From assembly GCA_907165135.1 (NCBI GenBank), contig OU015569.1, positions 1,488,001 through 1,552,000 of the forward strand: 64,000 bases of DNA. Direction: 5' to 3'. Source of the stretch: Oikopleura dioica (Eukaryota > Animalia > Chordata). Under the pieces are notes generated by a model. That model was not told where the DNA came from. It did not search any database and saw only the letters and a program-made list of their open reading frames with translations. The number at the start of each line of letters is the position of its first letter. Position 1 is the first letter of the stretch. Below, one piece after another: positions 12,866 through 23,670 of the stretch. Position numbers and translations under genes: made by a program.

Positions 12866-14177
12866 ATGCTGAAGATCCGCGGATCGACGGTGAAGCAGTG
12901 CATTCGCTGTAAGGGCAACTCGGAATCGGCGAATCGCTTCTTCAAGCGCATGAACCAGCAGTACAACCAGTCCATCGAGCAATCGATCAACCCGGCGCTC
13001 GAAAACTATTACAAGCGGCCAGACATACTGCCCCATTTGCTGCCCCCGGGATCGAAAAAGATCAACGACCCCGTCGACTTGTACAATGCCAGATTGGAGA
13101 GCGACTACTCAAATCAAAGGTAAAACACTCAGACCGTCCAAGAATAATCAGAAGCGGCAGTATCGCCTCTGTGAAGGCGAAAATGGCGCAAGAGCCGATC
13201 AACGAGCACTACAACATGTCAATGTGGGAGTTTCAAAAACGCCCCTGGAAAACGTACGGTCCTCGGAACACTGCTTACCACGAAACGCTCATTATTCAAG
13301 TAGAATTCGCCTGGAATAACATCAGATTTCGTTGTATGGATCCAAACTGGCAGAAATACTATGAAGGTAAAGCAAAAGTGGCGAGTTTTTAATTTGAATC
13401 AAAAAAGGTCACGACGAGAACGATCTCGGAGATGTCAGATGGCAAGAGCACTTCCCAGAAAAGACAAATTCATTTTTTACCAAACTCGGGCCTTATGGCA
13501 GCCAGGTGCTTTATTCGGACATGGTAAGAGTCCTCCGGAAGTTCTGTCGAATTTTCCACTGTTTCCAAGCCTTGACTATCGATAATGATCGATGTTGACT
13601 TTAATTTCTAGCGCGTTCAAGGATTCCAGGGCTCCGCATCGCGAGTTGAAGCAAACGTAGAATATGTTGCTGGCAAGTTTGGCGACGAAATCGTTAATCG
13701 AGGGTGGGACCCTTACGCAAGGTAAAACTTTTATCTCAAATCTGACTCGGTCGACTCGAAAGTCGCCATCGTGGAAAACACATGGACGGCCGTTCATTCG
13801 TTCATTTTATTTTTCGCGCAAAGAGATTTTTAGAAAAAAATACGAGGCTTTTAGGTTGGTTTTGGACTTTTGGGGAAAGAACAAGGGTTTGAGAAGTACT
13901 GTGATAAAGGGTATTCTATCCTCGGGGGTGAGGATAGTCTCTTTTACAGAATCTACAGCAGATGCTGAAATTGTCAAGGAAAGTGTTTCTGAAACCAGTT
14001 CAAATAATTGAAAGAAAGTTTAGCGTTTAGAAAAGATTTTTTGGAAACATGAAAAAGCCAAAATATAAACAAAAGTATACTGCCGTTCATCCTGACAACT
14101 CGGGCATGTGGCATAGATTCTGGCGCATGAAGGATGCAGAAGCAGCTGGAAAAGACTTTGACGAACCTGAGGAATAA
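12866..14177 (+). CDS. MRPS11: Divergent mitochondrial ribosomal protein uS11m
   Basis: Spliced model gives IIQVEFAWNNIRFRCMD...QVLYSDMRVQGFQGSASRVEANVEYVAGKFGDEIVNRG...FRLVLDFWGKNKGLRSTVIKGILSSGVRIVSFTEST, which follows the uS11 pattern (HIxAxxNNT; GF; GR-S-I-L-G-I-T). Arg-rich presequence-like N-terminus. Confidence 0.68.
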
Positions 14178-14231
14178 TATTCAAAGAAAAACTTCATTGC
14201 TTGACAAGCTCTTATCCATTTATAATTTAGA

Positions 14232-14805
14232 ATGAATCTCGGATCGGAAAATCGCCCCGTGCTCGGAGTTCGAAGGCCTGCCAAGGACCTTCAGCGCAAA
14301 ATGGAGTCGCTAAATGTCAACAAGGTAACGAACGAAAAAGGAGTGTGGTTTATCGAAATCTCATTCCCTCTATAAGCTTCATCTCTTTATTATAGGCGTC
14401 AGAAGCGGTGACTACAGCTCCCGCGGAAAAAGAAACGAAAGGAGGGCTTACTGAAGCCGAAATTCTGGAAGAAGCAGTTTGCCAGAACCCAGACGCATTC
14501 GATCCTTCAAGTTGCAATCCTGGCGACGACCTAGTCGACGCCTTCCAATCCTACACCTCGAAGTAAGAACGACTTCTGCTTTCTTTTGCTAACAAATCTT
14601 CTTTAGAAAAATTTTCGGGACTTTGGATGATAAAACATCTGGCACAAACTTCATGCCGTTTCCGTGGATGGATAGAAACAACAAGCGGAGCGCCTTTGAA
14701 GACCTCGACCATTCATTTTTCGACCATAGTTCGTCTTCCAACCAGTCCATGTCTCCGCCATCCCACTATGACAGCAGCTTCGACCTGGACGCTCTCGATC
14801 TCTAA
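14232..14805 (+). CDS. Orphan acidic ~145-aa protein with SEN/RxxLG degron-like N-terminus (securin-like candidate), 3 exons
   Basis: MNLGSENRPVLGVRRPAKDLQRKMESLNVNK|ASEAV...EAEILEEAVCQNPDAFDP...|...NFMPFPW...SFDLDALDL*. Canonical introns keep the frame. Confidence 0.6.
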
Positions 14806-15214
14806 AAAGAACACCAACTACTGTCAGCTGCATTCATGAGCAAACACCAGGTCAAACGTATCTCAGAACCGCCAATTCCATGTTCACAAGTTGTGAATCA
14901 TAGTGAATAACAACTTTCAACCTTTTCAAAATTCGAATTTCTAAACTTCACGATCATTCTAGCTTTTTATATAGGATCCCAAACGAACTGTTTTGTTCTT
15001 CAAAAATTTACACCGTGACTATAGCATATTTTCTCAAATCATCTTTCTTTTTTCTTTGTTTTCTCACCGCCATTTTCTGCGCAAATGTTTTTGAAATACG
15101 TGTTTTATACTACTCACACGAAGCATCATCATTTCACCATTCCGTCCTATTATAGCTATAATAGAACCCAATACTCTTTTGAATTTTAATCTTAACCGTC
15201 TTGAAATCATTAGA

Positions 15215-17429
15215 ATGGATGAAGAGGTGATCGAAATTCACACACTCTCGGAATTCGAAGGGCTGGATGAGAAAACCGAGTCGACGGACGAGGAGTCGAT
15301 GATCAAAGTCATGGCGAAGTCGCGTCTTCCAAGCGAAGACTCTGGAATCGGCATCAACGATGGCGATAACGCGAGTTCTGGAAAAGTTTTATACCCTACT
15401 ACTCCGAACATGGCTTTGGTTCGACTAGAACTCAATGGCCGCGATGGTTCTGGTATTTATATAGGTTTTGCTTTGGCATGTCTAACACTCGTTTCATGTG
15501 AAAGCCGGCCTTCAATGAAATGTTTTTTTTCGTGGTATTATATCCTGAATATAATGCTACTCCTCAATCAAAGTAAGACTCATAATGACCTGATAAATTC
15601 AGACAATAAAGCAGTCTGGGAGAACACAGGACTCGTGCCAAAGTACTACAAGCCCTACTCACTCATCGAAACAGACGGCCAGTCAAGTCAAGAAAATGGG
15701 CCAGTCTACAAGTGTCACTTTTGCCACATGCATTACAAAGGTAACTCTTCAAGATCGTCCTGGCTTGCTTATAATTGTCGCCTTAATAGGTCACAATTCC
15801 ATCGTTTATCACGCCCGTCGTCATGTAGGCGATTATCCGTATAAATGTGGAGAACCCGGTTGCAATTTTCACGAGGTAAATAAATTTAAAAAATCTAAAA
15901 AGCTTTTTTAATAAAAAATAGGTCTGCAAATCGGGTCTAAGCTCCCACACTCGTCGCACAGGGCACCGCGCTCAAATAAGAATAGAAGGACCAGAACGCG
16001 AGGCAGCACCGGCGAGGACGGTAACTCCGGTCTCCAAGGTGGAGAAGATGCCCGACCCGGACCAATTTGCATCGAACTTGATCAAGGAACGAACCCAAAA
16101 TGCAATCGGCAAACAATTTCTTCCCGAAAGTCAGAAGAAGTTCTTTCTTTCTGAAAGACTTCAGAAACACGAATCGATGCCACCCTTTTGCGAGGACTTC
16201 AGAAACTTCAAACCGATTCGCCACTCTTCACTAGTACCGGTAACATTTCATTCTAGTGCCAATTTTAACTATCATTTTTCAGTCAGTTCCAGAGAGCCAG
16301 CGGGCAAAAGTCTACGAAGAAGCGACAGGAATGATTCCCAAGTATATGAAGCCCTTCAGGATCCTGCCAGTGACGGAGAACAAGGTGGTGTACAAGTGTG
16401 ATCGCTGCGGAAGCAACTACACCAGCTACGACGACATCGTCTCGCACGCTCGTCGCCACTACGGCGATCATCCTTATCGCTGCATCACTTGTGGATTCGC
16501 CGGCGTCTGCAGAAGCGCCTTGGAGATGCACATGTTCGAGAAAGACCATCCGAAGGCAATCTTTCTGAAGCATTCTAACGTCCATGAGTTCATCCTCAAG
16601 CCGAAACAAAAGCCAGACAATGCCACTGAAAAACGCTCACGAGTGAGCTCGCCTTCTCCGCAAATCACCCCGCGCTTCATGCAGACTCAGTCAAATGGGG
16701 ACCCGATTAAGGACGATCCTGCTCTACGACTTCAGTACGCTCGGGCGATGCAAGCTCAGGCCAAAGTTGCATCCGAGTCGGGCTGGAACAGTACTCCTAT
16801 TAAAGATCCGATGGCTTCAAGTCTAGATATGTCCAATTACTTCTTGGCAAATGGATTCCCTTGGTTCGCGTCCTATCCCTTCCCGCCCTCCGTCAATCAG
16901 ACTGGTCAGCCTCTTGCGACTTCGGCCCCACCTAAGAAACCTCAGCAGCCACCTAAAGCCTCAAAGAAAGCAAAGGCCCAAGAAGATACGCTAAAGAGAA
17001 CGCCCAGATCATCTCCAGCGCCCGTTGCAGATTCAGACGTCCCCAAGAAAGTGCCCAAACCGCCAATGAGCCCATTGACGATCAAAAAAGAAACGCTAGA
17101 ACTTCCAAAAACGCCTGAACCTTCAAGAGAAAAACTTTTGATTGTTCCAAAAAGTAAGTCTTCTTTGTCGAGTATCTTTTGATGAAAAAATTAAAGATGG
17201 CGTGAAGAGGAAAGCCGAGGAAGAACAAGCGCCTGATCTGACGATAAAAATGGTGCCAGAAATTCCCGACTACGAGCACCTGATCTGGCTCGCCGAGAAA
17301 GTTCAAGCGCGGAACGATTTGCTCACGCACAACTGGGACTTTTGCTCCACTTGCAAGTCTGCCTTTTACAACACTGATCTGTACATGTCACACTTTGCCT
17401 CTTCTCCCGAATGCCGCCCTCCAAAATAA
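15215..17429 (+). CDS. C2H2 zinc-finger protein
   Basis: YKCHFCHMHYK|GHNSIVYHARRHVGDYPYKC; YKCDRCGSNYTSYDDIVSHARRHYGDHPYRCITCG...HMFEKDH; C-terminal CSTCKSAFYNTDLYMSH. Confidence 0.85.
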
Positions 17430-18221
17430 AAAAAAAGACAACCCGCACCCTCACCCATGAACCAAACAACCAACAACTCACCAATTTTTTCATCACATGT
17501 TTCTAAGTTCAATTAAAAAAAGACCTAAAAGCTAAAAAAATCTCAAGTACCTCAACGAGTGTCTCTTCTTCTGTTTGTCATTTCACGCCTTATCGCCTTA
17601 TTAAAAATTCTTATCATTGCTGTTTTTTCTATAAGCAAATATCTGCTTATATTTTTTATTATTTAATTAATGAAACAAACAAGGTTGCAGAAACATTTCT
17701 TCAAGTATCAATCAGGGATATTTCTTTCTTTGAGTCGATTTTCAGAAAGAAATAATTGTATATAAAATATTGATAAATTTTCATTCGTGTATATTTAAAT
17801 TTAAATTTAATGTGTTCTTTAACGACTACACTTTATAAAACAGCTCTGCAAGTCGTGAATCAGAATTATTAGTTAAAATCACCATTTGTTCAATCCAAAC
17901 TGCCAAAGATGACATTTTTCGTGAATTAAAAATGATCGTACATTTTCTCTTCTTGACGCTTATCACATTTAATTTTCAAACCAGTGCACTATCAAAAAAA
18001 AATGAACAAACAAAAAACTGCTGCTCAATTCTCGTTTTTGCTTAAAAAAAAAAGACAACTGTCCACAATAAAAAGAAAACTTCGAAAAACTCATTGAAAT
18101 TTAATTTAAACAAGCTTTATTTGAACATTTCTAAGCGGTCATTTACGTTTTTCTTGGACTGGTTTTTTTATTCTCGCTCGATTAAAAATTGATTTGTTTT
18201 CGGTTCAGATGGGGGAATAAA

Positions 18222-21200
18222 ATGATCCCAGAATATCGCAGTGAATGCTCGGTTTCACTGCTTCAGCGAAACGACTGTCCAAGAAATGGGAACAAAGGTT
18301 AGTTCTGCTCCCTTTTTTGAGGAGAGTGTGAGAGCGCAGGTTCAGGTTTCGTCGAAGTGGCGTCGTGGAACGACTGGGTGGTGGCGGCGCCGACTGAAAA
18401 GACCCTCTTCCTGATCCACCGCGAAAACAAGCGCCTGAATACGGTGCATCTCGACCTGCACGAGATCCTGCCATCGACGACAAACGTCGCCAAACGAAAA
18501 ATACTCGATTTGGCGATTTATTATTCCGAAAAGAAAGAGGAAGTTTCCATCTACATCTACGTCATGCTGGAGCAGGCGGAGAAGAAGTTTTCGATTTACG
18601 AAATTAAATTCCTACGCACCAAGAGCATTGACGATATCAAAAATGGATCAGCAGAGAGACGATCGCAGCTTTTACTTGACCCGCCAGGTTAGTTTTTCTC
18701 CCTTGCAAAAATTAACTCATTGGGCGCGAGCCTGGCCCTGTGCGTTGGCAACCGCGTGGCGTTTTAAAACGCCACGTAGTTTTTCTCGATTTTGAAGCCT
18801 TTCTTAATTAATTTCTCTTACTTTTAAAGAATCGATTGATAGAAAATCGTTCGGGCTATCCATTGATGCCAATTTTATGTTTTATCTCCGTCGGAAATAA
18901 CTGTAAATAGCCACTGAAGATTGACCAAAAAACAGGAAGGCGCCGCGCGCTCTCCCTCTGTTTTCCCTTTTTGAAGGGAAAAGCGCGTGAGTAACGCCTA
19001 TTTTGGCCGAGTCAGACTTTTTCTTTTCGATTTTAGAACAAGTTCTTCTCGTAAAAAATATATTTTTAAATGATCAGTTTGTAGAAAAATGTCCGAACTT
19101 TTCAAAAAAATAAGAATTTTATCTATCCGTCGGGAAATTTTAAGAGAAATGCCGCGCCAAAGTCCTCGTGGCGTTTAAAAACGCCACGTGCGCCCAAAGG
19201 GTTAAGGATAAAAAAGGCAGATCCTCCTTGGAGCTTGACCGACTTACAGGAGTTAGAATGCCTCTAAATCAGTAAATTGAGATTTTCTCCCGTTAAAATG
19301 TTAAATTTATAAAACAATCAGTTCAGTGAATGCCGAAAGTCAAGCCACTCCGTCAAAATCCAAGCTCTCCAAGTTTCAACTGGGTTTCGACCGGAACCCC
19401 TTCACGAAAGGAAATGACGAGCCCCGGCCAGTGCGCATTTATATCTATGGAATCCTCGGGCAGAAGGGGCGCATCTTCTGCTACGATTTGGACAAGAGCA
19501 CCAGCGCGCGAAACAACTCTGCTCGCAAAGTGATGACCTTCGAGACGAACCAGGTTCCCCTCTGCTTTGAAGCGGGCAATACGGAAGTGACGAAAGAAAA
19601 TCCGATCGAACGAGGCAAACTTGCGGTCGTCATCCGGCAAGGAAACGCTGGCAACCTAGGCGATCCAAATATCAAAATCAAAGAAGACGTCTCCAAGAAT
19701 TCCACGACACCCAACAACGGAAAGCGCGAAGTCAAAATTCCTGGCATTTACAAATGTCCCGGTAACTGCGGTTCTTTTCGACAAGTTATTTAAATTTGTT
19801 TTAGAGTTGATACGATGGCATCCGCACAAAGACTGGTTATGTGTAGTTTCTGTGAAAGACAACACTTACGCTCCAGTTGGCCGGCAAGTCTGCCTTTTTG
19901 ACTTGGCAGAAAGCAGGAATCCGAAGTCTGATCGTTCAAAGAGATCCAAAGCACGCTACGAATTCCAACTTGATTCTTCCGGCCAAGTCTTTGTTTCTTG
20001 GAGGCCGTGTTCTTCCTGCGATCCCAACGCACACACCTACAATCCATTTCAATTTCTGTATTACACCTCCAGTGAAGAGGCGACCCCCGTCTACCTCATG
20101 GACTTTCGTCGTGCTTCTGTTCCTATAGGGGTTTTCAAAGCTCAAGGTTCGGTTTCAGCGTTGATTTAGCTCTTCACTTTTTCGCGGGTATTTTACTGAA
20201 AATAACTTGTTGTGCGATTCCAGACGGTCGAATTGATAAAGACCGTCTGGGACCAATGATAACATAAGCCCTATCCATCCTCAGGCTAAGTGATAATTTA
20301 GGAGAGTCTATCCGCTGTATTTCCGTAAACCAAAACGGGCGGGGAATGTACGCCGCTACGATTGAAGGGAAAGTCCATTACTTCGCGTTCAAAGCAAATG
20401 ATGTTCTCTACTCAAGCGTGGAGGACAAGCTGCCAAAGAGGGCAATCGCGATCGCTCCCAGTGGAGAGATAATTCAATCTGTTAGGAAAGAGTTTTTTAA
20501 ATTTTAGAAATCATCTTTCCTTTTTTAATTATCGAAGTCATGTAAAACTCGACCAGTATTAACAAGACCGCCGGGAAGCGGAGCTCACATGAGCTGATCC
20601 CCACCCAGAGTTTATCGTTCGAGCACCCGCGCAGCTACTATCACAAGCGCCAGTCTAGCATGAACGGCTTGGACGATATGCGCTCCAGTGTATCGTCGAC
20701 AAATTCAGACTTGGGGTAAGGCTGTCACACACTGAGCGCCACTAACACCTTGTTTTCTCAATAAAAGAAGCTACAGCTACGAGAGCGACTTAATACATGA
20801 ACGGTCGAGCTTGAAAACGAGCAAGAACAGAGAAGATTTTCCTAAAATTGGTGACAGGTCAGTCTTCCTTGATTGCTACTGCAAATATAAAATATTAATT
20901 TTCAGCGCTGCTGGATTCGTTCAAGACCGAACATTCAGTGTTATCTATTCACCCCCTAGGCCAAGCGCCTTTGCTGAGTTCGCCGAGCTCATGCGCATTC
21001 CAGAAGGAGAGAGTCCCGCTGTCCAGGCTCGTCAGATTGCCGAGCTTGCAACGGAACTAGGCGTGATGAATCAAGACTTCTATGTTCGTCTTGCTGATTT
21101 CCTCGAAGATGTTCCCTTGTCCAGGATAGAAGAGATCCCTGCGGATCTAGCTCCAGCTGCTCCCAACGAGTCACTCGATAATGTCAGTGGCGAGCTTTCT

Positions 21201-22598
21201 GACGAGTCCGACGCTTTTTCGGAAACAAACGAGGAGCAAGAACTCGGGACGATGGTCTACAATGATCCGCCTCCACCCATCTACACGCAGAATTCTGATG
21301 CTAAATCTCAAATCTCGAGCTCATCCATAACAAGGAGGGAGATTCCAAGCGAAGATTCCGAAGCAGTGGTACCTAATATATTCATCAATTCTATCTATTA
21401 CCCGGATATATATATATATATACGTTGAGATCAAAGATAAATATCTGCTCCACTAGAATACTGATATAGAAGAAGAAGAGCCCAAAAAACGTAAACAACG
21501 CTGCTCCCCAGCTAGAGATATAAAGCCACGAACATGCCTAATGGTTATCGACTGTAAATCCCTGGTTCAACAAGCTGAACTGAAAACTGAAGGTAATCGA
21601 CTGATACAAGTGAAAGAAGCGTGTATTCTCCTTTGTAGACTTGGTCTTTCGTCTCTTCGCTCAGGAAGTCGCCAATATTCAAACCTTCGAATGCATTCAG
21701 GCTGCTGTAGTAGCCGTGTGCGTTTTGGGCGAAAAAATCGTCAAAATTCTTGAATCGGAAGGCGTCCCTTGCGACCTCATTGAAAGCTGGTTCCTAGAAT
21801 ACTTCGACTACTTGTCTAGTCGTTCTCTTTTCATTCAAAAAACTTTGATTTCTCGCAGATGTCCGATCGCTAATATCCGCGAGATGCTTTATAAGGTAAG
21901 TTTTGAAGTGATTAAGTTTTAGGAAAATCAAATCGAATTTTATTCTCATCATTTTGAATGATCTTTGATTTGATTGAATAATTGAATCGTTGAAGTCACG
22001 ATTCACTGATTAACCATTTCTTTTAGATGACCTTAGAGAACTTAGATGAACATATTATGTTAATGTTGATGGAATTGAGTAGTTTGATGGTAGTATAAAA
22101 ACGATAATTTATCATCCATTTATCTCCCCATTTTTCATTTATTTCTTATAACACTGCTCTTTGCTACGCGAATGCTGCTTCCGCTCGCGCTTCTTTTCTT
22201 CACTGCACGCGCCTTTATGCCCTTCCCTGCGAGATAACGAGCAAAAATAACATCGTTTTCAGCCAGCTGATGACAGTGGCCTCGAGACAATGCATTCTGG
22301 CCCTTCGTACAGAGTGACGTATCCCCTCGGCTGTGGCCACTGTAGGATGCAGCAAACTAACGAGCCTGGCGTGGCCACGAGCTGCGAAAAGTGCAAGCGT
22401 TTCATAATTTGCGACGTCTGCAAATTGCCCTGTTCCGACTCTCTCAGGTGCACTTTCCTTCTTCGTCAACTTTCAAGGCCCGTTTTCAGTCAATTCTGCC
22501 GCCTCTGCCGTCATGGGGGCCATGTCGAGCATTACGAAGCTTGGGAAGCTGAAAACTCGCGCTGCATGGTCGCTGGCTGCGAATGCGTCGGTCATTAA
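18222..22598 (+). CDS. WDR24: GATOR2 subunit WDR24 (Sea2), divergent
   Basis: WD40 segments IRWHPHKDWLCVVSVKDN and VYLMDFRRASVPIGVF (cf. IYVWDVRRPFVP); IESWFLEYFDYL (cf. EHWYTSYIDLL); C-terminal CGHC...CEKC...CDVC...CRLCRHGGHVEH...W...C...GCEC zinc/RING region. Confidence 0.82.
18716..19201. mobile_element. piggyBac-like MITE (486 bp) in a WDR24 intron
   Basis: TTAA at 18712-18715 and 19202-19205 flanks imperfect TIRs CTCATTGGGCGC and (reverse complement) CCCTTTGGGCGC. Subterminal 22-bp palindromes at 18755-18776 and 19167-19188. No transposase ORF. Confidence 0.8.
21406..21422. repeat. (AT)n microsatellite within a WDR24 intron
   Basis: atatatatatatatata run seen directly. Confidence 0.8.
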
Positions 22599-22809
22599 TT
22601 ATTCAAAATTGATAATGCCAAAAACTATTTTTTTCTATATATTTTCTACTATTCATGCCTTTGATTCTTCAATTTATTTTCAACCGCAACAGTTGATTCT
22701 ATTCACCCCAAAAAACACTGCCGCTTTGCTTCACTCTCGCTATAATCAAGATTCAACTTCGTTCAACTTCCAGGACTTGAATTTGAGACCGTTCAGATTT
22801 TCGAAAAGT

Positions 22810-23505
22810 ATGTCCCGCGCTGTTGGTGTTTCCCGTGTTCTCTCAAGACGATTCTTGACGTACGAGACGACCAAGACCCACAAGGATCACTCCGCCACTC
22901 GAAAGTTCCTCCTCAACAAATGTAATTATCACAAACCTAGTTCCAATCTTCCCATTGAATTTTATAGTATTCGGCCAGGGAAAACTATCTGAGAAGCAAT
23001 ACTTCGCCAACGAGTACAAAAGAAGCTGCATGTGGTCGACTGGTCTTTGGCTCTTGTGGTCGATGTGGATCTTTAACGATAAGTGGGATTCCGTTTCTTT
23101 CCTGGTGAAGTCGAACAAGACTCCCCAGGTAAGACAAGACATGTATCAGCAGCTGACAGACATACACTTTGTTTTGGATTAAATGCAAAATTCGTTTTAT
23201 GTGCCAGTGGGATAAGAAAAGAAGTTTAACTGCAAAATTTTAATTATATCTATCTGAAACCAACCATGAATTTTTATTGTTTATGCTTGACAAAATATCT
23301 TAACAAGGCATCTTGCAATTTAAAAATGAGCAGAAACCGCGTGTTCTTTCCATTTTCGTAAAAAAGAGAGAACGAGCTTTTTTCTAGTTAGTTACTTTAT
23401 TGTGACTTTGTTGTTTCACTTGATTAAAAAGCGATTCAGATGTATCCCGCTGTTCCTGTGAAAGAGTTGCACTGGACCCCATTCGGCTGGGGCTTCTGGG
23501 GCTAA
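22810..23505 (+). CDS. Small single-TM mitochondrial-type protein (possibly a divergent COX6A-like subunit), 3 exons
   Basis: Presequence-like MSRAVGVSRVLSRRFL; Trp-rich TM MWSTGLWLLWSMWIF; last exon MYPAVPVKELHWTPFGWGFWG* resembles the COX6A YP...KPFPWG motif. Gene structure is well supported; the identity is weak. Confidence 0.5.
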
Positions 23506-23670
23506 ACGAGAAGACTCTCAGACTCTCCTGTATCTCAGATATCTGTTAAACGAATTATTTATTCCTATTGAACAACCACAAGAAAAAACGCATAAGAGTT
23601 CATTTTCAACGGTCCCTTGAGTTTTGTTCTTCAGAACGGAAACTCGGACGCTTCAATAGAGACCGCAAAA

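Noticed and set aside
13973-14030. AAG|GAAAGT as a GA-AG intron in MRPS11
   Set aside because: An in-frame GT donor 6 nt upstream works equally well, so the case is ambiguous.
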